A DNA stretch of 64,000 nucleotides from an uncultured Chloroflexia bacterium (GCA_963749705.1 CAVVNQ010000003.1:288001-352000); one strand, 5' to 3'. Numbered from the stretch's first letter, positions 50,072 to 60,802 are shown. Numbers and translations are program-made. The notes: generated from the letters alone by a model not told the origin.

Positions 50072-52186
50072 ATGAGCAGCGTGGGATCCCGGGATGGGCA
50101 GCGCGAGACGATGGATGACCTGGACGTGCTCCTCGCGGCACTGCCGCCGGAGATCGTCGCCGCCATCCACGCCCTGCCCGACCCCGAGACGCTGATCGAG
50201 GTCGTGCTCGACCTGGGCCGCCGGCCGGAGGCGCGCTACCCCAACAGCGAGGTCGCGCTGCTCGAGCGCGAGATCGGGGAAGCCGACATCCAGTACGTCG
50301 TCGAGCACATCGGGACGTTCGGCGACGACAACCGCGCCGGCATCGAGCGGACGCTCCACCGGATCAGCGCCATCCGGAACCGCAACGGCAAGGTCGTCGG
50401 GCTCACCTGCCGCATCGGGCGCGCCGTGTACGGCACGATCGAGATCATCTCCGACTTCGTCCAGAGCGGGAAGTCGATCCTGATCATGGGCCGGCCGGGC
50501 ATCGGCAAGACGACCATGCTCCGCGAGGCGGCCCGCGTGCTCGCGGACGAGCAGGGCAAGCGCGTCGTGGTGGTCGACACCTCGAACGAGATCGCGGGCG
50601 ACGGCGACATCCCGCACCCGGCGATCGGCAAGGCGCGCCGGATGCAGGTCCGGACGCCCAGCCTCCAGCACGAGGTCATGATCGAGGCCGTCGAGAACCA
50701 CATGCCCCAGGTCATCGTCATCGACGAGATCGGGACGGAGCTCGAGGCGCAGGCGGCGCGCACGATCGCCGAGCGCGGCGTCCAGCTGATCGGCACCGCC
50801 CATGGCAACAACCTCGACAACCTGATGCTCAACCCCACGCTGTCGGACCTGATCGGCGGCATCCAGAGCGTGACCCTGGGTGACGAGGAGGCGCGCCGGC
50901 GTCGGACCCAGAAGAGCGTGCTCGAACGCAAGGCGCCGCCGACGTTCGACGTCATCGTCGAGATCCAGGACCGGGAGCGGGTGATGGTCCACGCGGATGT
51001 CGCGGCGACCGTCGATTCGATGCTCCTCGGCGACCTCGTGACACCCGAGCTCCGCTGGCGGGACGAGGAAGGCGTGCATCGCTCGCAGGCGCGACCCAAG
51101 CCGTCCGCCCGCGACTCCGGATCGGGCGATCGGTTCAACGGGCTCACCGGCTCGGGTGCCGGTGCCTGGGGGCGCGAGCCCGGCTGGCGTGGGACGTCGA
51201 CCTACCGCACCGGGGGCTACGCGGGCGAGGACCGGCTGCCCACTCGACCCGGGTTCCGGCCCGGTCAGGCCGGCGGTTGGCGCAGCTCGCGCGGTGGCTC
51301 GGATCGTGGCAGCGACCGTGGCGCGCGCACACCGGAGGGCGATCGACCAGCGTCGCTGAACACCCTGCCGGGCGAGCGGTTCGCGGTGCAGCCCGGGTCG
51401 CCGTTCGTCGCCGGTGACATCGCCGACCGGGGACCGCTGGAGCGCGCCGAGGCCGCGGCGGCCGCCGAGATCCGCGCCCGCGATGCCCGCGAGCTGCAGC
51501 GCCAGAAGGCGTGGCGCGACGAGGCAGCACGCGCGCTCAACGCCCTCCGCGAGGACGAGGGCACCCGTCCAGTCAACGCGGCCGAGCTGGAGGCAGAGGC
51601 GGAGCGCCAGCTCGCGCTGCTCGTCCCCGGCGAGACCGGGCCGGGACCCGACGAGGCCGATGACGACGACGCCGCGTTCGGCGACGGCGCGCTCGAGGTC
51701 GAGGGTGGCACGCTGCCGACCCTGCGCGTGTTCCCGCACGGGATCAGCCGCAAGCGCCTGGAGCAGGCGATCCGAGACCTGCAGCTGCCCGTGATCGTGG
51801 CCCGCGATGTCGACGAGGCCGACGTCGCGATGACCCTGCGCAGCGAGTATCGCCAGAAGCCGCCGGCGATCCGGGAGGCGGAGGATCGGGCGATCCCGGT
51901 CTACGTCCTCAAGTCCAACACGATCGTCCAGATGCAGGCATCGCTGACCTCGATCTTCGCGCTCGAGGTAGACCCGCGCGAGGCCGCCCTGCGCGAGACG
52001 GAGCAGGCGATCGGGATGGTCGTGAAGCAGCAGGAGCCCGTCGAGCTGGCCCCCCAGAACGCGTACATCCGCCGACTGCAGCACCAGATGGCCGAGCGGG
52101 CGAATCTCGTCTCGCGGTCACGCGGGCGCGAGCCGTACCGTCGCGTGCGCCTGTACCCGGACGCGGCCCGCACGACCTGGCGCTAG
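50072..52186 (+). CDS. Ycf45/SpoIIIAA-like AAA ATPase with C-terminal R3H domain
   Basis: [29 protein letters not shown]; RRLQH R3H motif; start may be 50111. Confidence 0.9.
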   Translation: MSSVGSRDGQRETMDDLDVLLAALPPEIVAAIHALPDPETLIEVVLDLGRRPEARYPNSEVALLEREIGEADIQYVVEHIGTFGDDNRAGIERTLHRISAIRNRNGKVVGLTCRIGRAVYGTIEIISDFVQSGKSILIMGRPGIGKTTMLREAARVLADEQGKRVVVVDTSNEIAGDGDIPHPAIGKARRMQVRTPSLQHEVMIEAVENHMPQVIVIDEIGTELEAQAARTIAERGVQLIGTAHGNNLDNLMLNPTLSDLIGGIQSVTLGDEEARRRRTQKSVLERKAPPTFDVIVEIQDRERVMVHADVAATVDSMLLGDLVTPELRWRDEEGVHRSQARPKPSARDSGSGDRFNGLTGSGAGAWGREPGWRGTSTYRTGGYAGEDRLPTRPGFRPGQAGGWRSSRGGSDRGSDRGARTPEGDRPASLNTLPGERFAVQPGSPFVAGDIADRGPLERAEAAAAAEIRARDARELQRQKAWRDEAARALNALREDEGTRPVNAAELEAEAERQLALLVPGETGPGPDEADDDDAAFGDGALEVEGGTLPTLRVFPHGISRKRLEQAIRDLQLPVIVARDVDEADVAMTLRSEYRQKPPAIREAEDRAIPVYVLKSNTIVQMQASLTSIFALEVDPREAALRETEQAIGMVVKQQEPVELAPQNAYIRRLQHQMAERANLVSRSRGREPYRRVRLYPDAARTTWR

Positions 52187-52410
52187 CGGCGGACCCCACT
52201 CGGCATCTGCTCCGTTAGGAGCGCGCCCGGCTTGCCTGCCAGGGGCCCCACTCACCTGGCGCATCACCTCGGCGGCCCGACACCGGCGTCGACCCGAATT
52301 GTCCCGTTCACGCTCGTGGCCCGCCAGCCTCGCCACGCGCTTGACGTGCCCGGTGAGTCATGGCAGGTCTGGGTGCGGTGACCCGGCCAAGGGCGGCTGT
52401 GTCCGCGGCT

Positions 52411-53613
52411 TCAGTAGCCGACGAAGCCGAGCGCCCACACCGTCCACAGCGCGTACATGTTGACCGCGATCCCGGCCACGATCGCCGCGCGCATGCCCAG
52501 CGTCAGCCCGCGGTTCACCGCGACCCATGCCAGCAGCCACCACAGGATCGGCAGCACGTCGCAGATGAACCGGTACCCGAACTGCGCGAAGCCCGGTGCG
52601 CCGTGGAGCAGGTCCGGGACGAGCACGAGACCCGCAACCAGCCAGGGGACGATGAGCACCTTCGCCCGGGCCCGGTGGAGCCATGCCAGGACCGGCATCG
52701 TGAGCAGCACCGACGCGCCCGTCCAGTTGGGACGGAACCACGGCGGGTCGGACACGATGTCGAACGTCCGGAGCAGCATCGTGTGCAGCCCGCGCGGCAG
52801 GTAGTCGATCGCGAGGATCCCGTGGTCGTACCAGGGCTCGTCGAGGACCGACGTGGGCGGGTTGCCACCCATGATCCGGGCCAGCCCGAAGTCGACCGGA
52901 TTGCCGAATCGGGCCGTGTTGTACAGGACGACGAGCGCACCGATGGGAGCGGCGGCCAGCACGAACCGCGCGATCTGCCGTCGATACAGCCACGCGAACA
53001 GGGGCAGCGCGAGCCCGACCGGGACGCGGCAGGTGACGGCGAACGCCCACAGCAGCCCGGCCGCCGCCGGGCTGCGACCGGCGATCGCGAGGCGAAGGCT
53101 GCCCATCAGGCAGGCCATCGCGAGCGTGTGCTCGACGTTGTGGGGACCCCCGGAGGTCGCCACCCAGGTCAGCTCGGACCCGAACGCGAGCCCGACCGTG
53201 AGCCAGGCCGCCTGCCGCGCGGTCCCGCCGATCTGCCGCACCAGGCCCCACGCCAGCCACACCGCCACGGCGGCCGAGATCGCCGACAGCAGGCTGGTGT
53301 CCACGACGTGCGGCCCGACCAGCGCGACGACCGGGAGGAGGACGATCGCGGGACCCGGCGCGAGCGGGACGTACCAGCCCCCGTCGGGCGCCGGGACGCT
53401 CTCCAGCCAGGGCATCGGGTCGGAGATCGAGAGGCGACCGTGGAGGAGCGCGGCGGCCAGCGGGTTGAACGGGTCGTTGTCGCCCTGGCCGGGACCGAGC
53501 AGCCAGAAGAACAGGGCCGCACCGATCGCGAGCAGCGCCCGCGCCAGTGCCTCGGCCGTGACCTGACGGCCGAGGATGCGGACCTCGTTCCGGGAGAAGC
53601 TGCGGATCGACAT
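52411..53613 (-). CDS. Polytopic membrane protein, probable GT-C glycosyltransferase
   Basis: About 10 TM; YNTARFGNP.DFG and FGYRF motifs. Confidence 0.65.
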   Translation of the reverse strand: MSIRSFSRNEVRILGRQVTAEALARALLAIGAALFFWLLGPGQGDNDPFNPLAAALLHGRLSISDPMPWLESVPAPDGGWYVPLAPGPAIVLLPVVALVGPHVVDTSLLSAISAAVAVWLAWGLVRQIGGTARQAAWLTVGLAFGSELTWVATSGGPHNVEHTLAMACLMGSLRLAIAGRSPAAAGLLWAFAVTCRVPVGLALPLFAWLYRRQIARFVLAAAPIGALVVLYNTARFGNPVDFGLARIMGGNPPTSVLDEPWYDHGILAIDYLPRGLHTMLLRTFDIVSDPPWFRPNWTGASVLLTMPVLAWLHRARAKVLIVPWLVAGLVLVPDLLHGAPGFAQFGYRFICDVLPILWWLLAWVAVNRGLTLGMRAAIVAGIAVNMYALWTVWALGFVGY

Positions 53614-53682
53614 CGTGGACCAGCGCAGTCTGCCACCGCGATCCGCTTGTGGGCGGCCCCTCCCGCGGCCCGGGGACGGTCG

Positions 53683-55125
53683 TCAGGTCCGGCGGAGGAC
53701 CTCGCGCGCCGCGTGCCAGCCGCTCATCCCGTGCACGCCCCCACCCGGCGGCGTCGAGGACGAGCACAGGAACAGCCCAGGATCCGGCGTCGTGTACGGG
53801 TTCCAGCGGAGGACCGGCCGGAACAGCAGCTGGCGGATGTCCTGGATCCCGCCGTTGATGTCACCGCCGATGTAGTTCGCGTCATACGCCTCCATCGCGG
53901 CCGGGTCACGGGTGGACCGTGCGAGGACCAGATCCCGGAAGCCGGGAGCGAAGCGCTCCACCTGTGTCTCGATCACCTCGGCCATGTCCGCGGTCGAGCC
54001 GTTCGGCACGTGGCAGTACGCCCATGCGACGTGCTTCCCCTCGGGGGCCCGCGACGGATCCGCGATGGTCGGCTGGACGAGCAGCACGAACGGGCGATCG
54101 GTGGTTCGGCCCCGCGAGATCGCGGCCTCTCCCCGGGCCATCTCGTCCAGCGTGCCGCCCAGGTGCACCGTCCCGGCCCGCGCCGTGCGCGCGTCCTGCC
54201 ATGGGATCGGGCCGTCGAGCGCCCAATCAACCTTGAACACGCCCGGCCCGTACCGATACCGCTCGAGCCCGCGTCGATAGCCGCCGGCCAGCCGGTCGCC
54301 GGCGATGGCCAGCACCTGGCGCGGCGTGAGGTCCATGACGATCGTTCGCGCCGGGGGCAGCCCGGCCAGCGACTCGACCCGGTGGCCGGTCACGATCTGG
54401 ACCCCCAGCGATCGGGCTTCGGCCTCGAGCATGTCCACGATCCGCCCGCTGCCGCCTCGAGCCACCGGCCACCCGACGGCGTGCGCGAGCGCCGCGAGCA
54501 CGAGCCCGAACGTACCCGTGAGCGGGCGGTCGAGGCGCAGCATCGAGTGGGCGGCGAGGCCCGCGAACAGCGCTCGCGTTCCGGCGTCGCGAAACGCGAG
54601 CCGGGTGAGCGCCGTGGCCGGCAGCAGGCCGGGCAGCCCGAAGCGGGCCATCAGGATCGGATGGCGCGGCGGCCTGACGACCGGACCGAGCACCGCGGGC
54701 ATCAGCCGCTCCCATTCGCGAACCAGGGGACCCACCAGGCGCCGCCAGGCGGTCGCGTCGCGGGCGGACCAGCCCGACGCATCGAGGGCGTCGAGATCGC
54801 GCTCGAGGAGGACGCTCCGGCCCGGCGTGAGCGCGTGCGCCACGGGCGCCTCGGGCTGCACCCACTCGAGGCCGTGGCGGGCCGCGTCCAGGCTGCGCAT
54901 GAACGGTGACGCGAGCGCCAGCGGGTGGACCGCCGAGCACGGGTCGTGGATGAAGCCAGGCAGCGTCAGCTCGGCGGAGCGCGACCCGCCGCCGACCGTG
55001 TCGGCGGCTTCGTACAGGCGGACCGAACGACCGGCCCGGGCCAGCTCGATCGCGGCGGCGAGCCCGTTTGGCCCGCCGCCGATCACGATCGCGTCGAGTG
55101 CGCTCGAGCCGCCTCCGGCAGTCAT
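53683..55125 (-). CDS. Phytoene dehydrogenase-like FAD oxidoreductase
   Basis: IGGGPNGL, HDPCSAVHP, STPPGGGVHGMSG. Confidence 0.9.
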   Translation of the reverse strand: MTAGGGSSALDAIVIGGGPNGLAAAIELARAGRSVRLYEAADTVGGGSRSAELTLPGFIHDPCSAVHPLALASPFMRSLDAARHGLEWVQPEAPVAHALTPGRSVLLERDLDALDASGWSARDATAWRRLVGPLVREWERLMPAVLGPVVRPPRHPILMARFGLPGLLPATALTRLAFRDAGTRALFAGLAAHSMLRLDRPLTGTFGLVLAALAHAVGWPVARGGSGRIVDMLEAEARSLGVQIVTGHRVESLAGLPPARTIVMDLTPRQVLAIAGDRLAGGYRRGLERYRYGPGVFKVDWALDGPIPWQDARTARAGTVHLGGTLDEMARGEAAISRGRTTDRPFVLLVQPTIADPSRAPEGKHVAWAYCHVPNGSTADMAEVIETQVERFAPGFRDLVLARSTRDPAAMEAYDANYIGGDINGGIQDIRQLLFRPVLRWNPYTTPDPGLFLCSSSTPPGGGVHGMSGWHAAREVLRRT

Positions 55126-55144
55126 GTGCCCATGGTGACGGCGA

Positions 55145-55915
55145 TCAGCCGACCGCGCGCCGCCGACGAACCCACCTGGCCGGTGCCGTGACCGTGCCGA
55201 TCGCCATGTTCACGGCGGCGCTGTGGCGCAGGTTGCGGACGTACCGCCACTGTCGCTTGCGATCGACGCACACCTTGCGCGCGGTCACCTCGGGCACAAC
55301 GACGCCAACGGCGCGCGCCAGGTTCTCCAGCGTCTGCTCCCAGAAGTGGTCGTTGGAGCGGTTGGCGCCGAACATGTAGGTGAGCTCGATGAACGGGTCG
55401 CTGGTGCGCTCCAGCGCCTGCGCCTGGGCGATGGTCGTGTCGCCGTCGCGGAAGGCCGAGAACGTGATCCAGGCCGACAGGGCGTGGCCCTCGGGCGTCA
55501 TGAACGTGAACGACTCGTTGTCGGCATAGATGACCATCACGCCGGTCGACATCTTGACCGGCGATCCGGGCACCGGCGCGATCTCGAGCAGGGCGACCTC
55601 GCCGGGCTTGATCCCGGACAGCGGTGCATAGAACCGCGCGCCCTTGGGCCAGAAGGTCGGGAAGCGCTCCTTCCAGAACGCGACCAGCGCCTCGGGCGTC
55701 ATGTCCACGCCGTCGAGACGGACGCTGAACGTCTTCTGCCACATCTGGCCGAAGCCCTGGACGGGCCCGGCGACACGGCGCCCGGTGACCGTGTCCATGC
55801 CGGTGGTGACGGCCGTCGTCGACAGCCTGGTGACGGGGTGCGCCCAGGCGTCCGTATCGCGACGGGCCGGGTTGGTGGCGGTGTCGGTGGGGGGATTGGT
55901 GGGGGACGCGGACAT
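55145..55915 (-). CDS. Conserved-looking hypothetical protein (possibly SRPBCC/DUF1990-like), last gene of the STAS module
   Basis: GFGQMWQKT, FTFMTPEGH, FWEQTL; GGAGG RBS; co-oriented with STAS genes. Confidence 0.72.
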   Translation of the reverse strand: MSASPTNPPTDTATNPARRDTDAWAHPVTRLSTTAVTTGMDTVTGRRVAGPVQGFGQMWQKTFSVRLDGVDMTPEALVAFWKERFPTFWPKGARFYAPLSGIKPGEVALLEIAPVPGSPVKMSTGVMVIYADNESFTFMTPEGHALSAWITFSAFRDGDTTIAQAQALERTSDPFIELTYMFGANRSNDHFWEQTLENLARAVGVVVPEVTARKVCVDRKRQWRYVRNLRHSAAVNMAIGTVTAPARWVRRRRAVG

Positions 55916-55937
55916 CTCGTTACCTCCGATCGTCCGG

Positions 55938-56279
55938 TCAGGCCGAGGCGGCCGCGAGCGCGGCGCTCTCGTCGTCGTGGATACCGATCGCCTCGTCAAG
56001 GCGTGTCAGGGCCAGGATCTGGCGGTAGTGGTCGGACAGCCCGATCGCGTGCAGCCGCTGTCCCGCGCGCTGCGCCCGGACAAGGAGCGTGACCAGGAGG
56101 CCGATGCCACCGCTGTTCATGTACTCGAGGTCGCCGAAGTCGAGGACGACCGAGCGGACACCGGACCCGGCCCGGCCGTAGGCGTCCATCAGCACCTCCT
56201 CGCTGGCGCCCGTGATCTCGCCGTGGATCCGCAGGATGGTCGCCGACCCCGCGGGCACGATGTCGATGGTGGTGCTCAT
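55938..56279 (-). CDS. STAS anti-anti-sigma factor
   Basis: LDFGDLEYMNSGGIGLL with phosphorylatable Ser. Confidence 0.9.
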   Translation of the reverse strand: MSTTIDIVPAGSATILRIHGEITGASEEVLMDAYGRAGSGVRSVVLDFGDLEYMNSGGIGLLVTLLVRAQRAGQRLHAIGLSDHYRQILALTRLDEAIGIHDDESAALAAASA

Positions 56280-56638
56280 CGAGCCGCCTCCTCAAGCTGG
56301 CCGGCCGCGGGCTCCGGGTCGGCGATGGTCAGGTAGTCCGAGAGCCGGGTGATCCGGAAGATCTCCCGGTAGTGGTCCGAGAGGCCGACCGCGATGACCT
56401 CGCGATGGTCGCGCCGCGCCTCGGCCAGGAGCCGGACGATGAGCGCGATGCCGGTCGAGTTGATGTAGTCCACGGTCCCGAAGTCGAGCACCAGGCGCGT
56501 GGCGCCGGCATCGACCGCCGCCCGATAGGCGCCGCTCAATGTCTCGTCGGCCGCGATGTCCACGTCGCCGCGCATCGCGAGGCGGACCTCCCCCGGGCTT
56601 GCCGCGATGACCTCGATGTCGAGTCGTTGCTTGTCCAT
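56276..56638 (-). CDS. STAS anti-anti-sigma factor
   Basis: LDFGTVDYINSTGIAL, IFRITRL. Confidence 0.9.
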   Translation of the reverse strand: MDKQRLDIEVIAASPGEVRLAMRGDVDIAADETLSGAYRAAVDAGATRLVLDFGTVDYINSTGIALIVRLLAEARRDHREVIAVGLSDHYREIFRITRLSDYLTIADPEPAAGQLEEAAR

Positions 56639-56653
56639 CGTGGTTCTCCCTCT

Positions 56654-58297
56654 TCAGCGCCCGTCCCGGGCGAGGGTGAGCGTGACCGTCTGCAGCCCAT
56701 CGGCGAAGTGCACGTCCATCCCGTCCACCATGTGGCGGATCAGGAACAGCCCCCAGCCACGCGGCTTCTGACGGCCCTCGAGCTTGGCATCGAGATCAGG
56801 CGCCTCGACATCGGGCACCGGACCGGACAGGGCGCGGTCGGTGACACGCACCCGGATCTCCCTGGCATCCGCGTCCACGCGGACGTCGACCGGGATGTCG
56901 GGGTTGCCCTGTGACCCGTACTCGATCGCGTTCATCACCGTCTCAGCGACCGCGGTCTTGAGCCGTTCCAGACGGCTCTCGGTGAGTCCGAGCGGTGCCA
57001 CGGCCTTGGCCACGCGCGTCATCGCGTCGCGCTCGTTGCCGATCGCACCCTCGATCGTGAACGCGATCAGGGCGTCGTCCGACGCGGTGGGCGCCGGTGC
57101 GTCATCGCGCGTCAGCTCGACCTCGGGGCGCACCTCGGACCAGCCGGCGGTGCCCGCGGAGCGCTGGAGAGCGACCAGCGTGATGTCGTCCTCCTGCTCG
57201 ATGACCGGACCCTGGAACTCCTTTAGCCCGACCAGCAGCCGGTCCAGCAGCTCGGTGCCGGCGTCGTCACCCTCCATCGCCTGGCGCAGACGAGGGAAGC
57301 CGTACATCTCGCGGTCCGGTCCGTGCTGCTCCACGACCCCGTCCGAGTAGAGGAGCATCCCCTCGCCCGGTCCGACGACGCCCTCGGCCTCCTCGTAGGT
57401 GATGTCCGGCATCAACCCCAGCGGCAGCCCGGTCGCCCGGAGCTCCGTGACGCCGCCCTCGGTTCGGACGTAGGGCAGGTTGTGACCGGCATTGGCGAAC
57501 CGGAAGCGGCCGACCGCTGGCTCCAGGACGCCATACAGGCAGGTCACGAACATCTTGGCCGGCATCTCGGGGACCAGCAGCTCGTTCGCACGAGCGAGCA
57601 CCTTGCCGGGGTCGACCAGGCGGGGGGCCTCGGCCCGGAGGATCGAGTGTGTCCGGGCCATGACGAGGGCGGCCGGGACGCCCTTGTCGGTGACGTCGCC
57701 GACGACGACACCGATACGGCCATCGCCGAGGTCGATGAAATCGTAGAAGTCGCCGCCGACGACCCGTGCCGGGCCGTAGTAGGCCGCGATCTGCCACTCC
57801 GGCAGGTTGGGCAGCTGGCGCGGCAGGAACTGCTGCTGGATGAGCTGCGCGACCTTGAGCTCCTGCTCGTAGCGCTCGCGCTCCGCGGCCTCGGCGGCCT
57901 GCTCGCGCACCAGCTGGGCGACGCGGATCGCGGGCGCTGCCTGCGCGGCGAGCGTCGCCAGGAGCCGGCGGTCATCCGTCGAGTAGTCCTGCTCGGAGAG
58001 GCGGGGCCCGAGGTTGAGGGTCCCGATGAGCTCGCCCTGGGTGACCAGCGGCACGACCAGCGCGACGCCGGCGTCGCGCAGCGCCTGGAGCGCCGGCGAC
58101 GCGAGCTCCAGCTTCGACAGATCGACCGGACCGGGCGCCGCCTGCAGGAACGCGAACAGCGGATCGGTCTCGGGGATGTCGATCGCCACGCCGGGCTGGT
58201 CGACCAGGGTCGGTGCCGCGGCGGCGGGCGCCGCCTCGTCGACCGCCTGGGCGTGTCCGCTGCGGAGACGGCGGAATGGACGGGTCAGGGCTGTCAT
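56654..58297 (-). CDS. Partial GAF + SpoIIE/PP2C phosphatase + RsbW-type HATPase kinase fusion
   Basis: VVPLVTQGELIGTLNLG; EL.VAQ.IQ..FLP; VGGDFYD, GDVTDKG, NAGH, YSDG, DDIT; E..MNAIEYG, RGWGLFLI; alternative start 58315. Confidence 0.92.
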   Translation of the reverse strand: MTALTRPFRRLRSGHAQAVDEAAPAAAAPTLVDQPGVAIDIPETDPLFAFLQAAPGPVDLSKLELASPALQALRDAGVALVVPLVTQGELIGTLNLGPRLSEQDYSTDDRRLLATLAAQAAPAIRVAQLVREQAAEAAERERYEQELKVAQLIQQQFLPRQLPNLPEWQIAAYYGPARVVGGDFYDFIDLGDGRIGVVVGDVTDKGVPAALVMARTHSILRAEAPRLVDPGKVLARANELLVPEMPAKMFVTCLYGVLEPAVGRFRFANAGHNLPYVRTEGGVTELRATGLPLGLMPDITYEEAEGVVGPGEGMLLYSDGVVEQHGPDREMYGFPRLRQAMEGDDAGTELLDRLLVGLKEFQGPVIEQEDDITLVALQRSAGTAGWSEVRPEVELTRDDAPAPTASDDALIAFTIEGAIGNERDAMTRVAKAVAPLGLTESRLERLKTAVAETVMNAIEYGSQGNPDIPVDVRVDADAREIRVRVTDRALSGPVPDVEAPDLDAKLEGRQKPRGWGLFLIRHMVDGMDVHFADGLQTVTLTLARDGR

Positions 58298-58318
58298 GGC
58301 CGCATCCTCATGCATGAA

Positions 58319-58336
58319 CGTCCGGACATCGTTACG
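58319..58336 (-). promoter_or_regulatory. 18-bp motif CGTAACGATGTCCGGACG upstream of the phosphatase
   Basis: 16/18 identical to the motif at 61497-61514. Confidence 0.5.
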
Positions 58337-58391
58337 AACAACCGTGATTGTTCAACATCGTCACGCACCGCCGAGTCGTCAATGGTGAACG

Positions 58392-59588
58392 TCACTGCCC
58401 TGCCTCCTGCCGGCTGCGCAGCCACAGCCCCGCGTGGATCGGACGGACCGTCTCGTCGACGGTGGCCAGTGCCTCGCGCTCGATGGACGCCAGCCCGACC
58501 TCGTCCCGCAGACGCTCGGCAAAGGCATCGACGGTGCGCTGCCCGTCGTACCTGGCCCGGTCGAACCGGCGGTCGACCCCAGCCTGGATCCGCCGCCGCA
58601 AGGGCTGGAACAGCGCGAACGCGACCAGCGTGGACCCGGCGACCGCCAGCGTCTCGCCCTGGGTGAACCCCGCGAGCAGCGCCTGCAGGGCGAGCACCAG
58701 ACCTACGAACACCGCCGCCAGGATCCCGGTCACCAGCGCCCAGCCGATCGTGCGGCTGATGAGCCGGTCGATCTCGTACAGCCGGTACCGGAGGACCGCG
58801 ATGCCGATGGCGATGGGGAGGAAGGCGAAGGCGAGCATCAGCAGCGACCATGACCAGGTGTTCTGGAACATGGCGAGAACCAGCACCGACGCGGCGAGCA
58901 GGACGATCCCTGCCACGAACCACTTGAGCTGCTCGCGCTCGGCCCCAGCAGCCCTGCGGAACCGCATCACGACTGCGCCGACGGCGACCGCGAGCAGGAT
59001 CCCCATGGTGACCGTGGCCGCGCCCCCGATCAGCCTCAGAACGCCTTCATCCGAGCCTGTGGGGGTGACGAGGGCGACGGTTGTGATCGCGGCCACCACG
59101 CCCACGATCCGCCACCGAGGTCCTGGTAGCCGCCCATCCGGGAACAGGAGCGGGAGCCACACGGCCAGGAGTGGGTACGCGAGCCCCGAGAGCGTGGGCG
59201 CCAGCGAGTCAAGCAGCCGATATCCGGGAAGGGCTGGCCCAACGATCGTGCTTCGCTCCACGTAGGCTTCCGTGAAGTCCCCGAGAATCAGGCTCACCCC
59301 CCCGACCAGCAGGATCCAGCCGATCGGATTGCGCGGTCGAAGCACCACGAGGATCGCTCCGACGACGGGCAGGCTCAGAGAAGCCGCAACGGACGAGGCG
59401 ATGGCGATGAGGTCCGTCGCGTCCTGCGCGCCAATGGACAGCTGCTCGTGTCCCGGCAGGATGGCCGAGGCGAACATGAACCCCACCATGCCCAGGGCGA
59501 TGAGGAGCAGGGCGACCGCGAGCCAGGTGGTGGGCCGGCGTCGGGCGGGGACGGCAGGTTCGGGGCGGGTGACGCGGGCTGCCGTCAC
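58392..59588 (-). CDS. Multi-TM receptor-like protein, paralogue 1, ending in a GAF N-terminal fragment
   Basis: NPIGW, FPDG, REQLKWF, LRYRLYEID, FQPLRRRIQ..VDRRF.RARYD, ends VRPIHAGLWLR; GTGA-coupled to paralogue 2. Confidence 0.88.
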   Translation of the reverse strand: MTAARVTRPEPAVPARRRPTTWLAVALLLIALGMVGFMFASAILPGHEQLSIGAQDATDLIAIASSVAASLSLPVVGAILVVLRPRNPIGWILLVGGVSLILGDFTEAYVERSTIVGPALPGYRLLDSLAPTLSGLAYPLLAVWLPLLFPDGRLPGPRWRIVGVVAAITTVALVTPTGSDEGVLRLIGGAATVTMGILLAVAVGAVVMRFRRAAGAEREQLKWFVAGIVLLAASVLVLAMFQNTWSWSLLMLAFAFLPIAIGIAVLRYRLYEIDRLISRTIGWALVTGILAAVFVGLVLALQALLAGFTQGETLAVAGSTLVAFALFQPLRRRIQAGVDRRFDRARYDGQRTVDAFAERLRDEVGLASIEREALATVDETVRPIHAGLWLRSRQEAGQ

Positions 59589-60802
59589 CGGCCCGCCCCC
59601 TGGCGCTCGCGCAGCCACAGCCCGACCGCGGCCGGACGCACGGCAGCGTCGACCGTGGCCGGGACCTCGGCCCGAATGGTCTCGAGATCGACCTGGTCGC
59701 GCAGCCGCTCGCTGAACGCCCCGACGAGCTGCTGCCCGTCGTACCGGGCCCGGTCGAACCGGCGGTCGACCCCAGCCTGGATCCGCCGCCGCAGGGGCTG
59801 GAACAGCGCGAACGCCGCCAGGGTGGACGCCGCCACCGCGAGCGTCTCGCCCTGGGTGACGCCAGCCAACAGCGCCTGCAGCCCGATCACCAGACCTACG
59901 AACACGGCCGCCAGGATCCCGGTCACCAGCGCCCAGCCGATGGTCCGGCTGATCAGCCGGTCGATGTCGTACAGCCGGTACCGCAGGATCGCGATGCCGA
60001 TGGCGATGGGGATCGCGATCATCCCGAGCATGAAGAGGTAGAAGGCCAGCTCATTGCCCGTCGCTCCGGCGATGGGGAGCACGATCGCCATGTAGCCGGC
60101 GGCCGCCAGGAACCACTTGAGCTGCTGGCGCTCGGGACCGCGGGATCGCCGGTAACGAACGATCACTGCCGCGATCGCCACGAGGATCCCGACGAGGAAG
60201 AAGACGCCCAGCGCCTTGAGGGCATCGGTCACGGGACCGTCGGCGGCAATCGGGTTGGGCAGGATCCCGTCGGTCGTCAGCGCCTCGACCGCGACCTGAC
60301 TGGCGGTACCGATGGCGGCCACCCAGGCGACAGGGCGCCAGTGCGAGCCTGGCAGGTGACCATCCGGGAACAACATGGGGACCCAGATCACGGCCAGCCC
60401 GACTGCAGCGGTGATCGACCAGGAAGCAACCCAGTCGACCAGGCGATAGCCGGGCAGGTCGGCACCCAGCCCGACGCTCCGACCGACATACTCCCAGGAG
60501 AAGACGTAGATGGAGAAGCCGAACCCGATCAGGAGGAACAGCCAGCCGATCGGGTTGGATGGCTGGCGAACGGCGAGGATCGCGCCAACGGCAGGCGACG
60601 TGAGGAGCACGCCCAGCACGACCGGGGCACTGACCGGCCCGAGCGGGTTGGTCTCGCCAGGTCGACCGGCCAGCTGCTCGGTACCTGGCAGGACCGCGAG
60701 GACGAACGCGAAGCACACCATTCCGACGGTGCTCGCCAGCAGGACGCCGGCAGCCCAGACCCCAGGCCGTCGCCACGTTGTCCCGGAGAGACCGCCGGTC
60801 AT
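59585..60802 (-). CDS. Multi-TM receptor-like protein, paralogue 2
   Basis: Same motifs; ends VRPAAVGLWLR; start uncertain. Confidence 0.88.
   Translation of the reverse strand: MTGGLSGTTWRRPGVWAAGVLLASTVGMVCFAFVLAVLPGTEQLAGRPGETNPLGPVSAPVVLGVLLTSPAVGAILAVRQPSNPIGWLFLLIGFGFSIYVFSWEYVGRSVGLGADLPGYRLVDWVASWSITAAVGLAVIWVPMLFPDGHLPGSHWRPVAWVAAIGTASQVAVEALTTDGILPNPIAADGPVTDALKALGVFFLVGILVAIAAVIVRYRRSRGPERQQLKWFLAAAGYMAIVLPIAGATGNELAFYLFMLGMIAIPIAIGIAILRYRLYDIDRLISRTIGWALVTGILAAVFVGLVIGLQALLAGVTQGETLAVAASTLAAFALFQPLRRRIQAGVDRRFDRARYDGQQLVGAFSERLRDQVDLETIRAEVPATVDAAVRPAAVGLWLRERQGAGR

Noticed and set aside
58297-59588. Receptor paralogue 1 and the phosphatase being one gene broken by a sequencing indel
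   Set aside because: The phosphatase frame has a TGA at 58352-58354, after the receptor stop (58392), so a single indel cannot fuse them; all four paralogues also end at the same motif
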